A stretch of 64,000 bases of DNA from an uncultured virus (IMG/VR IMGVR_UViG_3300025137_000019) (taxonomy: Duplodnaviria; Heunggongvirae; Uroviricota; Caudoviricetes), in the IMG/VR virus record IMGVR_UViG_3300025137_000019. One strand, given 5' to 3'. Positions within the stretch are counted from its first letter, which is position 1. Every line of letters begins with the position of its first letter. Shown here piece after piece: positions 1 to 9,543 of the stretch. Position numbers and translations under genes: made by a program. The notes beneath the pieces were generated by a model, which was given only the letters and a program-made list of their open reading frames with translations, had not been told where the DNA came from and made no database searches.

Positions 1-129
1 AATATTATTATAGGTAATCCTACATAAGGCCCCCACCCTTCTATTCTAAACAAATTAAAGCCAATATTCATAATGAACATAAGCAACAAACCTGCAGTAA
101 ATGCATTCTTTTGTTCTTCTGTTTTATAT

Positions 130-330
130 CTACTCATTGGGTAAATGTTTAGGTGCTTCATAATAATGCATAAGCCAGTCAACAAATAGTATGCTTTCTA
201 GTCCAGATTTATTATTTTTACTTTTATACTCATTGTACACTGATATTAAGTTTTCCCAGCCTTTTGTGGCTTCTTCTTTTTTTCTTTTTAGTTCTCTAAA
301 ATGTTCAAACGTTTCATTATCTATTGCCAT
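130..330 (-). CDS. hypothetical protein
   Basis: 66-aa ORF overlapping the upstream ORF in a minus-strand gene run. Confidence 0.6.
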   Translation of the reverse strand: MAIDNETFEHFRELKRKKEEATKGWENLISVYNEYKSKNNKSGLESILFVDWLMHYYEAPKHLPNE

Positions 331-517
331 CTTCTTTGGTTTTTAATTTATTATAAATTGATTTTTCTGATATACTTAATGATTTATAAGTATATTCTTT
401 ATCAGATAACATTTCTTCCTCAGTTTTTATATAAGGTTCTTGTTTACTACCTAATCTAGATTTTATGGAAGAAAGTTGATCTGTCCAGGTTCTACCCTTC
501 TCTTTCTTTACCTTCAT
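317..517 (-). CDS. hypothetical basic protein
   Basis: 66-aa ATG ORF, coupled to neighbours. Confidence 0.55.
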   Translation of the reverse strand: MKVKKEKGRTWTDQLSSIKSRLGSKQEPYIKTEEEMLSDKEYTYKSLSISEKSIYNKLKTKEDGNR

Positions 518-741
518 TATTTTGTTTTACCATAAGATATTTGATATATAAATCTTTATCAAAATGATCCCAATGTGCTATCCAATCTGCTATATTAGTT
601 CCCATTTTCAGCTTCTTTAATTAATATTCTAATACTTGCAATAAGTATTAATTGTTTCTTGATGTCTTTACCATCACGAATTAATATTTCCAAATCTCTC
701 AGTAAATCATATGCTTCATTCATAATTATAAAATTAATAAA

Positions 742-1027
742 AAGGGTAGTATTATACCAGAGCATTTATCTCAGCCTAGTTGCTTTCACAAATCTTTTTT
801 CCATAGATGCTTACCTCCATGATTAGTATAATACTGTGTATTAGGGTCTATGCCTATTCTATTACCAAATAGGACTCAACACTTTGCCTCCATGTACCCC
901 GCAGGTTGCTCATCTGTCTCCATGCTTAACAAGAGAATTCAACATTACTACTATTACATTTGTAAGTCCATCTCTACTACACTTCCTAGACCTTAACATA
1001 ACATTGCCGTTGTGGAGTAACACCCTT
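742..1027 (-). ncRNA. candidate structured ncRNA (~290 nt) directly downstream of tRNA-Arg
   Basis: No ORF in the track; ends pair (AAGGGT/ACCCTT, GTGTTA/TAATAC); nested helices GGTCTAG/CTAGGCT and CCTATT/AATAGG; TTGT-GAAA-GCAA tetraloop hairpin. Confidence 0.55.
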
Positions 1028-1029
1028 AG

Positions 1030-1103
1030 TACACCCATTAGGAGTCGAACCTAAGACCTACTGCTTAGAAGGCAGTTGCTCTATCCATCTGAGCTATGGG
1101 TGC
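1030..1103 (-). tRNA. tRNA-Arg(UCU), CCA not encoded
   Basis: Cloverleaf GCACCCA..TAGCTCAGATGGATAGAGC..ACTGC-CT-TCT-AA-GCAGT..GGTTCGACTCC..TGGGTGT-A. Confidence 0.95.
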
Positions 1104-1147
1104 AAATTATTAGGCACATATATATTGCACTAATAAACTTAATAAAC

Positions 1148-1990
1148 TTAGAAAATATACCTTATTGTGTCTAAATCAAAGTACTGTGAGTATAGTTCTT
1201 TAAACTCCTCAAGTAACCTTGTTTTATGTTCCAAAGGATATCTCATTACCCCTGAGCTATTTTTTACTTCTCTAGATAATTTCATAAACTCTCTAGCTTC
1301 TTCAGAAGATTTAGCCATTTGATTGGGGTGATTAGTTAATGCTATTACTTCACATTTATTTTCTCCAGCTATATCTTTTACCATCTTAAACAACTCACTG
1401 TAGTCTTCTTTCCATTTCTTATAGAAAACAAGAGGACTGTAGTTAACGTGCACTTCCCAACCAAGATCCTTAAGTCTATTTATCTCAGGGATCCTTCTTG
1501 CAACCTTCTGCATCTTAGGCTCCAACACGTCTGCAAACCTTTGTGGCATAAGACTAACTCTTACCCTTGGTTTTTTGTTGAACTTTTTAACGTCAAGTTT
1601 CAACAAACTAGGATACTTAGTTGCCATAGTTGAATTCAAGGTGGGGTGATTATCATATCTTTTAAGATAATCTATTAATGGCTCAGGTAAAAACTTCTGC
1701 ATTAACACTAAATCAGTATTACATGCAACATCTACCATGGTATATATTGGATCCTGCTGATCAGGGATCTTGGTAAAACCTTTCTCCCACTCTACAACAG
1801 AGTTAAATATATCATCTACATTTTCATTTACAAATACTCTATGACCATTATATCTTGACATATAACAATAAGTATCTACACAGCCTCCAAAACAACCATA
1901 TACTAGGTTAGGAGCTATGCAATTTGCACTATTATTATTGTCTTTGGTAGCTAAAGTTTTTGTTTTCTGAACTTTAATTGCCCCACTCAT
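1148..1990 (-). CDS. spore photoproduct lyase family radical SAM protein
   Basis: GCFGGCVDTYCY cluster motif, DVACNTD (SplB Cys141-like), ATKY, RVRVSLMP, HVNYSP, MRYP motifs typical of SplB-like proteins. Confidence 0.8.
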   Translation of the reverse strand: MSGAIKVQKTKTLATKDNNNSANCIAPNLVYGCFGGCVDTYCYMSRYNGHRVFVNENVDDIFNSVVEWEKGFTKIPDQQDPIYTMVDVACNTDLVLMQKFLPEPLIDYLKRYDNHPTLNSTMATKYPSLLKLDVKKFNKKPRVRVSLMPQRFADVLEPKMQKVARRIPEINRLKDLGWEVHVNYSPLVFYKKWKEDYSELFKMVKDIAGENKCEVIALTNHPNQMAKSSEEAREFMKLSREVKNSSGVMRYPLEHKTRLLEEFKELYSQYFDLDTIRYIF

Positions 1991-2007
1991 TGTTTATATA
2001 AACTTTA

Positions 2008-2238
2008 TTAGAATGGTTCTTTTTCTTTTTGTTTCTCAACCTCTTTCGCATCTGCAATGAGTTTAAGTTCAGCTTCTGTATAAGTGCTTCTCTCCTTTTT
2101 GAGATACTTTTCATATTCTTCCCAATTATAAATTTCTAATTCTTTCATTCTTGCAACATCACCTGAAGTTATATTTTCAGGTAGTTGGCCTTCATTGGCA
2201 TTACATATTTCTGTAAATAATTCTTTCATTCTTCCCAT
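2008..2238 (-). CDS. hypothetical protein
   Basis: 76-aa ORF starting MGRMKELF. Confidence 0.65.
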   Translation of the reverse strand: MGRMKELFTEICNANEGQLPENITSGDVARMKELEIYNWEEYEKYLKKERSTYTEAELKLIADAKEVEKQKEKEPF

Positions 2239-2708
2239 AACATTTCTGTTAAATTAGTATCCATTGTATTTAATGCTATTGCTATCAACTTTCTTACAGC
2301 TTGACCTTTTTTAAGACCCTTATCATTTGCAAAATCTTTAATTTTACATAGTTCTTCATTAGTTAATGTAACTGTTACGTCTTTATTAAAGAACTTTACA
2401 CTATTGGTCTCTGGAATATTAAAAGGAAACTTTTTATATAATACTGAAATATTTTCTAAAAATTCAGCATCTCCTACATTAGACATACGAGTAGGTTGTC
2501 TTTTAGCATGGTTAACTGTAGATCTATCAATACCATGTTTACTAAGTTTAAATATATTAGCAATCATCTGCTCACTATAGTTAAACTTGTAATATAAAAT
2601 ACATATTAAATAATTTCTTTTATCAATAAAAAGTCTTTTACGTGTTTTACGCTTAGGAAGAATAGCTTTAAGAGTTTTTATAACATCTCTTGGTGTATAA
2701 TCTTCCAT
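2226..2708 (-). CDS. DNA-binding protein (DnaA-C-like HTH plus C-terminal ribbon-helix-helix-like domain)
   Basis: RNY..IANIF..DRSTVNHA resembles DnaA domain IV; VTVTLTNEEL..KGLKKGQAVRKLI resembles an RHH domain. Confidence 0.55.
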   Translation of the reverse strand: MEDYTPRDVIKTLKAILPKRKTRKRLFIDKRNYLICILYYKFNYSEQMIANIFKLSKHGIDRSTVNHAKRQPTRMSNVGDAEFLENISVLYKKFPFNIPETNSVKFFNKDVTVTLTNEELCKIKDFANDKGLKKGQAVRKLIAIALNTMDTNLTEMLWEE

Positions 2709-2711
2709 ATT

Positions 2712-2891
2712 TTAAATAAAAAATGGCCATAGCAGTCCTTTAAACTCACCTACTATTGGTCCTATGATTAAACTTGAAATAAATCCATGTGACTGTGCCC
2801 ATAAATACCAAAAGTATAAAGCACAGATTTGTGATGCAATAAAGTATAATACTAGTGAAAACATCACTAGTTGAAAATTCATTTTACCCAT
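2712..2891 (-). CDS. small membrane protein (59 aa, not in ORF track)
   Basis: ATG-TAA ORF filling the gap, two hydrophobic segments. Confidence 0.55.
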   Translation of the reverse strand: MGKMNFQLVMFSLVLYFIASQICALYFWYLWAQSHGFISSLIIGPIVGEFKGLLWPFFI

Positions 2892-2896
2892 AAGTT

Positions 2897-3190
2897 TTAG
2901 ATTAAATCAAAGTCTGCAGGCTCCATGAGCTCTTCTTCTTCCCTTTCTTCAAATACTTCTTTGAGAGAAATATCAAATATTATTGCAAATCTTTCAGCAT
3001 TATAATATTCATAGGGTGCAGACTTATCTGTTAAGGCTACTTCTTCTAGGTCATAACCTAAACCGTCTTGTAAGCCCATTTTTTTTATACCTATTACAGT
3101 ATATGTTTGTCCTTCCTCAATCCATTCGTCTTGAGAAATTATATCTGGTTTATTTGTATCATCTATGCATACTACCTGCATACTCTTCAA
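2897..3190 (-). CDS. hypothetical acidic phage protein
   Basis: VVCIDD..EGQTYTV..ERF pattern seen in small Bacteroidota-phage proteins. Confidence 0.65.
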   Translation of the reverse strand: MKSMQVVCIDDTNKPDIISQDEWIEEGQTYTVIGIKKMGLQDGLGYDLEEVALTDKSAPYEYYNAERFAIIFDISLKEVFEEREEEELMEPADFDLI

Positions 3191-3419
3191 TTTCTGATTT
3201 GATAGTTAATGTATCAAATCTATTCTTTATTTCATACATTTCAAAAAATGGACCAGAAATAATATCACATTTACCAGTAGAATGTGCTATTAAAGCACAC
3301 TGCTCTGCCTGTTCCAATGTGTGATCGCAAAATCTTATTAGACTTGCCATAATATATTCAAATGATAACTTGTCATCATTATATAATGTAATTTTATGTG
3401 TTTTTAAACTAATGTCCAT
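3159..3419 (-). CDS. clpS: ATP-dependent Clp protease adaptor ClpS
   Basis: ITLYNDD..FEYI..L..FCDH..EQAEQCALIAH..GKC, a Bacteroidota-type ClpS signature. Confidence 0.85.
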   Translation of the reverse strand: MDISLKTHKITLYNDDKLSFEYIMASLIRFCDHTLEQAEQCALIAHSTGKCDIISGPFFEMYEIKNRFDTLTIKSEIEEYAGSMHR

Positions 3420-3430
3420 ATATTAATATA

Positions 3431-4534
3431 CTAATTTATCTTAACATTAAAGTCATTCCAGGTGATCTTACTTTGATCAAAACCTTCTAATGCATCCTTT
3501 ACCCACTTCTCATCTATAGTATTCTTATAGCATAAAATATGAACAATAGCTGTATCATCAGGATTTAATCTTAGTAAACGTCCTATACGTTGAGCAGCTT
3601 TTCTTTCATTACCATATGCATGCATAATAATACCTTGTTTTAAATCAGGGATGTTTACACCCTCACTCAGCTGTAATACGGAGGAAAGTTGCTTTATTAA
3701 ACCTGACTTAAACATTTCTAGATTTTCATCAGAGTCTATATTATTACTATGATAGCTATATTTACATAATCTATCAGCTTGAGATTGAGTATTAGCAAAT
3801 AAAATACACTTATTATCTTTAGACGCTATATCTGCAAATAATAATTCAGCGTAAGTTTCTTTACTTGGATACTCCATCATAGCTTTCATTCTCATCACTC
3901 TCAACATGTGAATATTACCAGCTGCTGTATCTAATCTAGTACCCCAATAACTATAATTTTTAGATTCACTAGTCATAAATGACTTAGTTTTAGTTTTTAC
4001 CTGATAATTATTAGCATCAGATAATTCTAACTCATGAACTATAATCTTATAATCATTAAGAATACCATTTTCAATTGCATCATCAGCTTTAAAAGTAAAT
4101 ACTACAGGGCAAAATTCACTAACCATCTTACCTTTTTCAGTCCAATTACGTTTAGGTGGTGTACCAGTAAGTCCTAGTATTTTACCTTTAAATAATTGTA
4201 AAAATCCTCTATGTGAATCTAGCAAGCTATGACACTCATCAAGATATACAGCATCAAAATCATTTGGGTTATGTTTATTTAAACTTAAATAAGTAGAAAA
4301 TGTAATTCTATCTAATAAATCTTCCATTCCAAACTTTTTAGCATCATCTTCCCAAGAGGTAAATATAGACTTCTTTGGTGCTACAACTAGTGTTCTCATT
4401 AAAGATGTTGTATGCTTAGACATATGTTTAAGACCAACAACAGTTTTACCAACACCTGTACCTAGTACCACTGTACATCTTGTTTTTCCATAAGTACTAT
4501 CTAGTGCTTTGGATTGTATTTCATCTTTATTCAT
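3431..4534 (-). CDS. superfamily 2 (DEAD/ResIII-like) helicase
   Basis: GTGVGKT, DECH, LTGTP, EGVNIP, QRIGR motifs. Confidence 0.9.
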   Translation of the reverse strand: MNKDEIQSKALDSTYGKTRCTVVLGTGVGKTVVGLKHMSKHTTSLMRTLVVAPKKSIFTSWEDDAKKFGMEDLLDRITFSTYLSLNKHNPNDFDAVYLDECHSLLDSHRGFLQLFKGKILGLTGTPPKRNWTEKGKMVSEFCPVVFTFKADDAIENGILNDYKIIVHELELSDANNYQVKTKTKSFMTSESKNYSYWGTRLDTAAGNIHMLRVMRMKAMMEYPSKETYAELLFADIASKDNKCILFANTQSQADRLCKYSYHSNNIDSDENLEMFKSGLIKQLSSVLQLSEGVNIPDLKQGIIMHAYGNERKAAQRIGRLLRLNPDDTAIVHILCYKNTIDEKWVKDALEGFDQSKITWNDFNVKIN

Positions 4535-4552
4535 CTGTCTTGTATTTTATTT

Positions 4553-4804
4553 CTATCTACCATAACTTATTTGTTGTTTATCTTCTAAAAAAGTGACCAC
4601 TTTATACCAATGAGACTTTGCACTTTCTCTTGCTAACTCTTTAGCTGTAACAATTGCTGCTTGTAAAGCCTCTCTGGGATACAATTTATCTCCAACTACA
4701 CCTTTAGAAGGTGAATCAAAGAGTAAATGCGTATCTATTAATCTTTGTGCATCATCTTTAACTTTAGAATAATTTGTATTAGATTCTTGTTTGTTGTAAA
4801 TCAT
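4553..4804 (-). CDS. hypothetical protein
   Basis: 83-aa ORF overlapping the upstream stop (ATGA). Confidence 0.6.
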   Translation of the reverse strand: MIYNKQESNTNYSKVKDDAQRLIDTHLLFDSPSKGVVGDKLYPREALQAAIVTAKELARESAKSHWYKVVTFLEDKQQISYGR

Positions 4805-5205
4805 TGTAAATATTTTAATGTCCTTGCTTGTTTTGGGTTGTTATGAATCCAGTTATGACAATTTCTACATACAGGGATCCATGTACTTTGTACTAAATAA
4901 AAAGCATCACGGTTACTGCCTGCATAAGTATGATGTATATCTGTTGCATTTTTAGTACATCCTGTAACATCTACTTTGCATAAATTATTTTCTTCTAGAA
5001 ATCTATTCCTTAATTTAGAGTATTCTAAATCTTTTTTCTTTCTTTTGGCAGAAACACGAGGAATAGGTACTTTTGGTTTCTGTGACTTATTAGTCTTGCT
5101 TTTGTGGCAACTCCAGCAATATTTACAGTACCTATGACCCTCATGATTCTTCCATATAATAGTCATCTTTTGACAACCATCACATTCTTTTAGTTTGACC
5201 TGCAT
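4801..5205 (-). CDS. zinc-finger/HNH-like nuclease
   Basis: CxxC..CxxC at the N-terminus; C..ATDIHH..CRNCHNWIH HNH-like C-terminus. Confidence 0.7.
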   Translation of the reverse strand: MQVKLKECDGCQKMTIIWKNHEGHRYCKYCWSCHKSKTNKSQKPKVPIPRVSAKRKKKDLEYSKLRNRFLEENNLCKVDVTGCTKNATDIHHTYAGSNRDAFYLVQSTWIPVCRNCHNWIHNNPKQARTLKYLQ

Positions 5206-5701
5206 TTCTTAATTGTGGTAAATTATTTGGTGCTGATTTTAAACTTAAAAAGTTTTTAGGTAAAACACCTTTATCAATAAAGATAGTGATAATTTCACTT
5301 TTATTAATATTTAAATCTTTAAAATTTAAAGTATTTCTAAAGTTTTGATCAGTATAGTTTTCCTTTAAAAGAAATGTAGTAAGCTTGGTATCAGGGAAAA
5401 GAGAGCTAAAAAAATTATTAGTATATTCTCTAGTTTTTTCTTGCTTAAATACATTTATAACATCTTGAGCTCTTCTATATACGTTTGTTATCCTTTTTCT
5501 TTTCTTTTTACACATCTTTACTACTTCCTCTTTAGGAAGATAGTTTAAACCTTTTAGAGCTCTATTATATAGATAGTTCTGATATTGTGTATATGTATCA
5601 GTTTCATAATTCATATAGGTTTTTTGATGTGTTAGATTATTACTATAATCTTTCAGTGCATCAAACTGGTAATTTTTTATTCTGTTTTTTAACTTTTCCA
5701 T
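5180..5701 (-). CDS. hypothetical protein
   Basis: 173-aa ORF with an AT-rich leader. Confidence 0.7.
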   Translation of the reverse strand: MEKLKNRIKNYQFDALKDYSNNLTHQKTYMNYETDTYTQYQNYLYNRALKGLNYLPKEEVVKMCKKKRKRITNVYRRAQDVINVFKQEKTREYTNNFFSSLFPDTKLTTFLLKENYTDQNFRNTLNFKDLNINKSEIITIFIDKGVLPKNFLSLKSAPNNLPQLRNAGQTKRM

Positions 5702-5725
5702 AGTTTAAATTTTATAGGTTTAAAT

Positions 5726-5751
5726 AAAAGGGCCAATTTCTTGACCCTTTT
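5726..5751 (-). terminator. intrinsic terminator
   Basis: AAAAGGG-CCAA..TTGA-CCCTTTT hairpin with T-run. Confidence 0.6.
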
Positions 5752-5775
5752 AAGTCAGTAATTAACTAATAACTG

Positions 5776-6261
5776 TTATGATTTATCTAAATCAAAGCTT
5801 GCTCCTGCAGCATTTTTAATTGCAGAATTAGACTTTTGAGCTTCATAAGCTGCACGTAGTTCATCAATATTATCATGTTTGATAAGTGAATCACTTGAAG
5901 TGTTATCAAATGAAAGCATAGTACGTCTGTAAATTGGTAAACCACCAATAGTACATACAATACCTGTTTCACCAGCTATTTTCAGATCTCTTTCAGGTGT
6001 CTTTGTGTTAAAAGGCTCTAAAGCTTCTTCTACTACAATTTTACCATCTAATTGCTGACCAGCATAAAAACCTGCATCTGTTAATTCAGATACTGTACCT
6101 GGTACTAATGCAGAAATAGATTTTCTACGCAAGAAACCATTGTCATCAATCATTGTTCTTTGTTGCTGTACTCTAATAAAACCATAATCTGAATTGTTTT
6201 CAGATACATTTACTACAGCTCCTGTTGTTTCGTCTGATAAGACGGTTACTTTTGAATTCAT
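5776..6261 (-). CDS. conserved phage protein, possibly ssDNA-binding (OB-like)
   Basis: 161 aa, beta-rich, followed by a terminator; function is inferred. Confidence 0.45.
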   Translation of the reverse strand: MNSKVTVLSDETTGAVVNVSENNSDYGFIRVQQQRTMIDDNGFLRRKSISALVPGTVSELTDAGFYAGQQLDGKIVVEEALEPFNTKTPERDLKIAGETGIVCTIGGLPIYRRTMLSFDNTSSDSLIKHDNIDELRAAYEAQKSNSAIKNAAGASFDLDKS

Positions 6262-6385
6262 AATTTGAATTTTTAAAATATTAATAAATAAATTGTTTGA
6301 GTTCTCTATACTATATCATTAGTCACTCTTCTAATTGATAAGTTGTAATACCAGAACGGTATTAAATATACATGTAGATCTACTA

Positions 6386-6631
6386 TTAAGATAGGTCATC
6401 AAGTGATAAATCACCTGATAAACCCTCACTGTCATCATCTAAATCCTTAAATTCATCAAAGTCACTAGACTTTTCTGATTTAGATTTATTAATAACAGAA
6501 TTTTTAAAGGGATTTATTATATGGTCTCCATAATCACCAGCCATGAGATATTGTATATCCTCATGAGTTAAGTTTAGATACTCTTCTACAGAGATATTTA
6601 TAACTTTGCCATTTGGCAGTTGGTACATCAT
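6386..6631 (-). CDS. hypothetical protein with acidic tail
   Basis: MMYQLPNGK start; track start extended into non-coding DNA. Confidence 0.65.
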   Translation of the reverse strand: MMYQLPNGKVINISVEEYLNLTHEDIQYLMAGDYGDHIINPFKNSVINKSKSEKSSDFDEFKDLDDDSEGLSGDLSLDDLS

Positions 6632-6798
6632 TTTTAAACATATATAAGTTAGGTAAATATAATATAATTTACCTTTTATTAAAGTAATGTTTAAAAATAT
6701 ATGACAATATATAGCTAAAGCCAAGTAGAGGAGTTAAATTTATCTGTCCAACTCCTCTATCTCCGCTTGGAAAAGTATATTAACAGAAATATACTATT

Positions 6799-7239
6799 TT
6801 AAAATTCCTTATAAATTATTAAATCTTCTCCTTTAACAGTGGTCAACTTTTTTTCAAGCTCATCACCTTTTTTACAATAAAAACTAATCTCATATTGAAA
6901 CGGTGTATGATAACCACAAAACTTGGTTATACTAGCTAAGATTGTATTATCTTTCCTAACTCTTCCTGTGTTCTTGACATCATCAATATCTACACCCCAT
7001 CCTAATTTATCAATACTTATATATACTGAAGTATTGTTAGGTATAGGTTCTTCTAAACCATTTCCTGTAAATATTTTAGTAAATAACTTAAGTGCTGGTT
7101 CACTTGTACAAAGCATCGGAGTTAAAAGTTTTACAAAATCATCCTTGTAAGGACTTTTAATAATACTTTCTAAACTTTTAGCAATTTCAGTATCTTTGTA
7201 TTCAACAAAAATGCTTATTGGCTTATCATTAGTAGACAT
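6799..7239 (-). CDS. hypothetical protein
   Basis: 146-aa ORF. Confidence 0.65.
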   Translation of the reverse strand: MSTNDKPISIFVEYKDTEIAKSLESIIKSPYKDDFVKLLTPMLCTSEPALKLFTKIFTGNGLEEPIPNNTSVYISIDKLGWGVDIDDVKNTGRVRKDNTILASITKFCGYHTPFQYEISFYCKKGDELEKKLTTVKGEDLIIYKEF

Positions 7240-7535
7240 TTATAACTCTTATGTCACTACCTTCATCTGCTCTTTTAAAAGCAAGATCTTCATTAGGTGT
7301 AAAGTATTCTTTACCCATATGGATATAAATATAATGTTTTACTTCTTCAATCATAATTTTTAATAAGTTTAAAATAAACAAGGTCCGCTAGGTGTGTTAG
7401 TAGGATTTTTTATGTACTGCCGCATCTTATGTGCGTTGACTTATGTACCACCATACCTTGTTTGTATGCTTAACATCACTGACTTTACAGTGCCTAATAG
7501 TGCAGCGTAGAACTTAATCTTTCTGATATTAGATT

Positions 7536-7817
7536 TTAAATAAATAAATAATATTTACAAATAACAAATAATGTAAAGCCTGCAACTATAATCATACTAC
7601 CTTTAATACAATTAAGTTCAAATTCTTCAGCCATCAATGCATTTTCTAAATATCTTATTCTAGATTCTAATCTTTTTGATTTTTCTTCTTCATCATCTAT
7701 TTCTTCATCAAAAGGGTATAATGTTGAACAATAAAGATATATATCATTTGAAGTTTGTTCTTGCTTTAAATAATTTATTTCTCTTTTAAGTTGTTTAATT
7801 CTTTTTACTACTCCCAT
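7536..7817 (-). CDS. coiled-coil protein with C-terminal TM anchor
   Basis: Heptad-like N-terminus, hydrophobic C-terminus. Confidence 0.6.
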   Translation of the reverse strand: MGVVKRIKQLKREINYLKQEQTSNDIYLYCSTLYPFDEEIDDEEEKSKRLESRIRYLENALMAEEFELNCIKGSMIIVAGFTLFVICKYYLFI

Positions 7818-7827
7818 AATTTGTTTT

Positions 7828-8373
7828 TTAAAAAGGTAACCCTTTGATTTCTGTAGCTAATGCAATATCAAATTCATTAAAAAATCTTTCACTTAAAGTG
7901 TGATCAGAACCTATTAATTTATAATTATTAATATCTGTATCTGCTTTTTTCATTTTCTTATGAAATGCACTAAAGATTTTCTTAAATTTTTTAATTTGGC
8001 TAATGTTAGCTGTTGGGTTTTTAAACGCTATTCCTGGAGAAATGTATTTTACTGTATACATACAGTATGTAGTATTAACACTCACTTCTAGTTTATTACC
8101 GCTTCTTTCTATTTCATTATTAAAATAAGTTTTAAAATTAAAAATATTAATCTTATCAACCAAGTTTTCTAGCCATTTAGGATTTTCTTTTACCCAATGA
8201 ACTAATGTTTCTGTTTGATTTTTGTTAGCATCATACTTTTCAGTTACTGTAACATCCCAGTAAGCATTATGTATTTGTATTGCACTATTTGTACTTTGTG
8301 CTGATACAGCATGTCCTTTATAAATAGCACCTCTCTTAGCTTTAATAATATTGTTGTCAAAATACTCTTCCAT
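7828..8373 (-). CDS. hypothetical protein
   Basis: 181-aa ORF ending LPF. Confidence 0.65.
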   Translation of the reverse strand: MEEYFDNNIIKAKRGAIYKGHAVSAQSTNSAIQIHNAYWDVTVTEKYDANKNQTETLVHWVKENPKWLENLVDKINIFNFKTYFNNEIERSGNKLEVSVNTTYCMYTVKYISPGIAFKNPTANISQIKKFKKIFSAFHKKMKKADTDINNYKLIGSDHTLSERFFNEFDIALATEIKGLPF

Positions 8374-8400
8374 TTTTTTTCTTTTAAAAACAAGAGAAGG

Positions 8401-8634
8401 TTAATCCCTCTCCTGTTTATGTTCAACATTAGCAACATCATTATTAAGTTGCAAAACTTCTTCTTGTCCATACGCATCACAATGCACTCCACTGGCACAA
8501 CTATTAAATGCTAATGATATTAATATAGCCATTATAGCTGATATACCAACTGCTATAATTGGCTTCAATGTGTCTTGGTGTATTCCTCTAAACTTTTTCA
8601 TATCTTTTTTGTTTTTTGTTTTAACTTTTTTCAT
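8401..8634 (-). CDS. putative lipoprotein
   Basis: Hydrophobic stretch then FNSC lipobox-like motif, xCDAY. Confidence 0.55.
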   Translation of the reverse strand: MKKVKTKNKKDMKKFRGIHQDTLKPIIAVGISAIMAILISLAFNSCASGVHCDAYGQEEVLQLNNDVANVEHKQERD

Positions 8635-8636
8635 TT

Positions 8637-9044
8637 TTATTTTTCAACTTTATAATAAATCTTTTTTGGGATATCATCAAGATATACTCTAGTTACAGGA
8701 CATAACCAACCCTTCATACCTTTAGTACCAGGATTGTTACTTTTTGATACATGATACCAACCACCACCTGAATCAGGTGCATCTAAGGTTAACTCATCAC
8801 ATTCTGGAAAACTACTAAGACTAAATATAGCCTTACATGATTTCTTATTATGATGTAGGTATGAGCTAATTATCTCTGACATACCTAAAACAAAAGGCTC
8901 TGCTTTAATACCAAAGGTATTATCATCAAATTGCCATGTTTTTCCTGTTCTATATAGGTTCAAATGCATCATTGCATTTCCTGGCTTATCCCATTTCTTT
9001 GATATACTATTTATAACTTTATTATATATTTCTGCTAACTTCAT
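8637..9044 (-). CDS. conserved hypothetical protein (DUF6717-like)
   Basis: WQFDD..EPFVLG..GGWY..GWLCP motifs. Confidence 0.65.
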   Translation of the reverse strand: MKLAEIYNKVINSISKKWDKPGNAMMHLNLYRTGKTWQFDDNTFGIKAEPFVLGMSEIISSYLHHNKKSCKAIFSLSSFPECDELTLDAPDSGGGWYHVSKSNNPGTKGMKGWLCPVTRVYLDDIPKKIYYKVEK

Positions 9045-9543
9045 TTCTTTGTTTTTTTTTCATTTCATTATTAAATAAATCAACTCTTACTTTCATTATA
9101 GTTTCTCCTAACCAATTCATTCCTTGCCATAGTCTTCTGTCATGGATATCTTTATTATCTAAACCTAATCCTATACCCCAAATTCTATCTGTTGGAGAAG
9201 CTTCAACAATCTCTCTATCACCATAACTAATTAACTCTATGCATAACTCATCATTTTGATCAAATTTTGCATAGTTAGCATCATAAACATGCTTTCTAGC
9301 TACTTTTTCCCATTCTTCTTTGTTAAAATTTTTAACAGCTCTACCAAAAGCCTTTTGCCAACTTGGATCATCAGTATCCATTATAAGATCATAATGTTCT
9401 TTATCTTTAAATAAATCTGCTTTCTTAGCCATCATATACTGTTCAGCACAATTGTACTCTATACCATCAATAATAAACTTTGAGGGATACCATTGACTAC
9501 ATATTCCCCCATAGAAGAATACATATTTATCTGTTACTACCAT
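9022..9543 (-). CDS. NADAR/YbiA family protein
   Basis: SQWY, AEQYMMAKKA, KAFGR, AKFDQN, EASPTDRIWGIG, GxNxLG. Confidence 0.92.
   Translation of the reverse strand: MVVTDKYVFFYGGICSQWYPSKFIIDGIEYNCAEQYMMAKKADLFKDKEHYDLIMDTDDPSWQKAFGRAVKNFNKEEWEKVARKHVYDANYAKFDQNDELCIELISYGDREIVEASPTDRIWGIGLGLDNKDIHDRRLWQGMNWLGETIMKVRVDLFNNEMKKKQRNEVSRNI

Noticed and set aside
742..1027. tmRNA or RNase P RNA
   Set aside because: No tRNA-like GGGG..TTCGA..CCA ends and no GAGGAAAGTCC P4 motif
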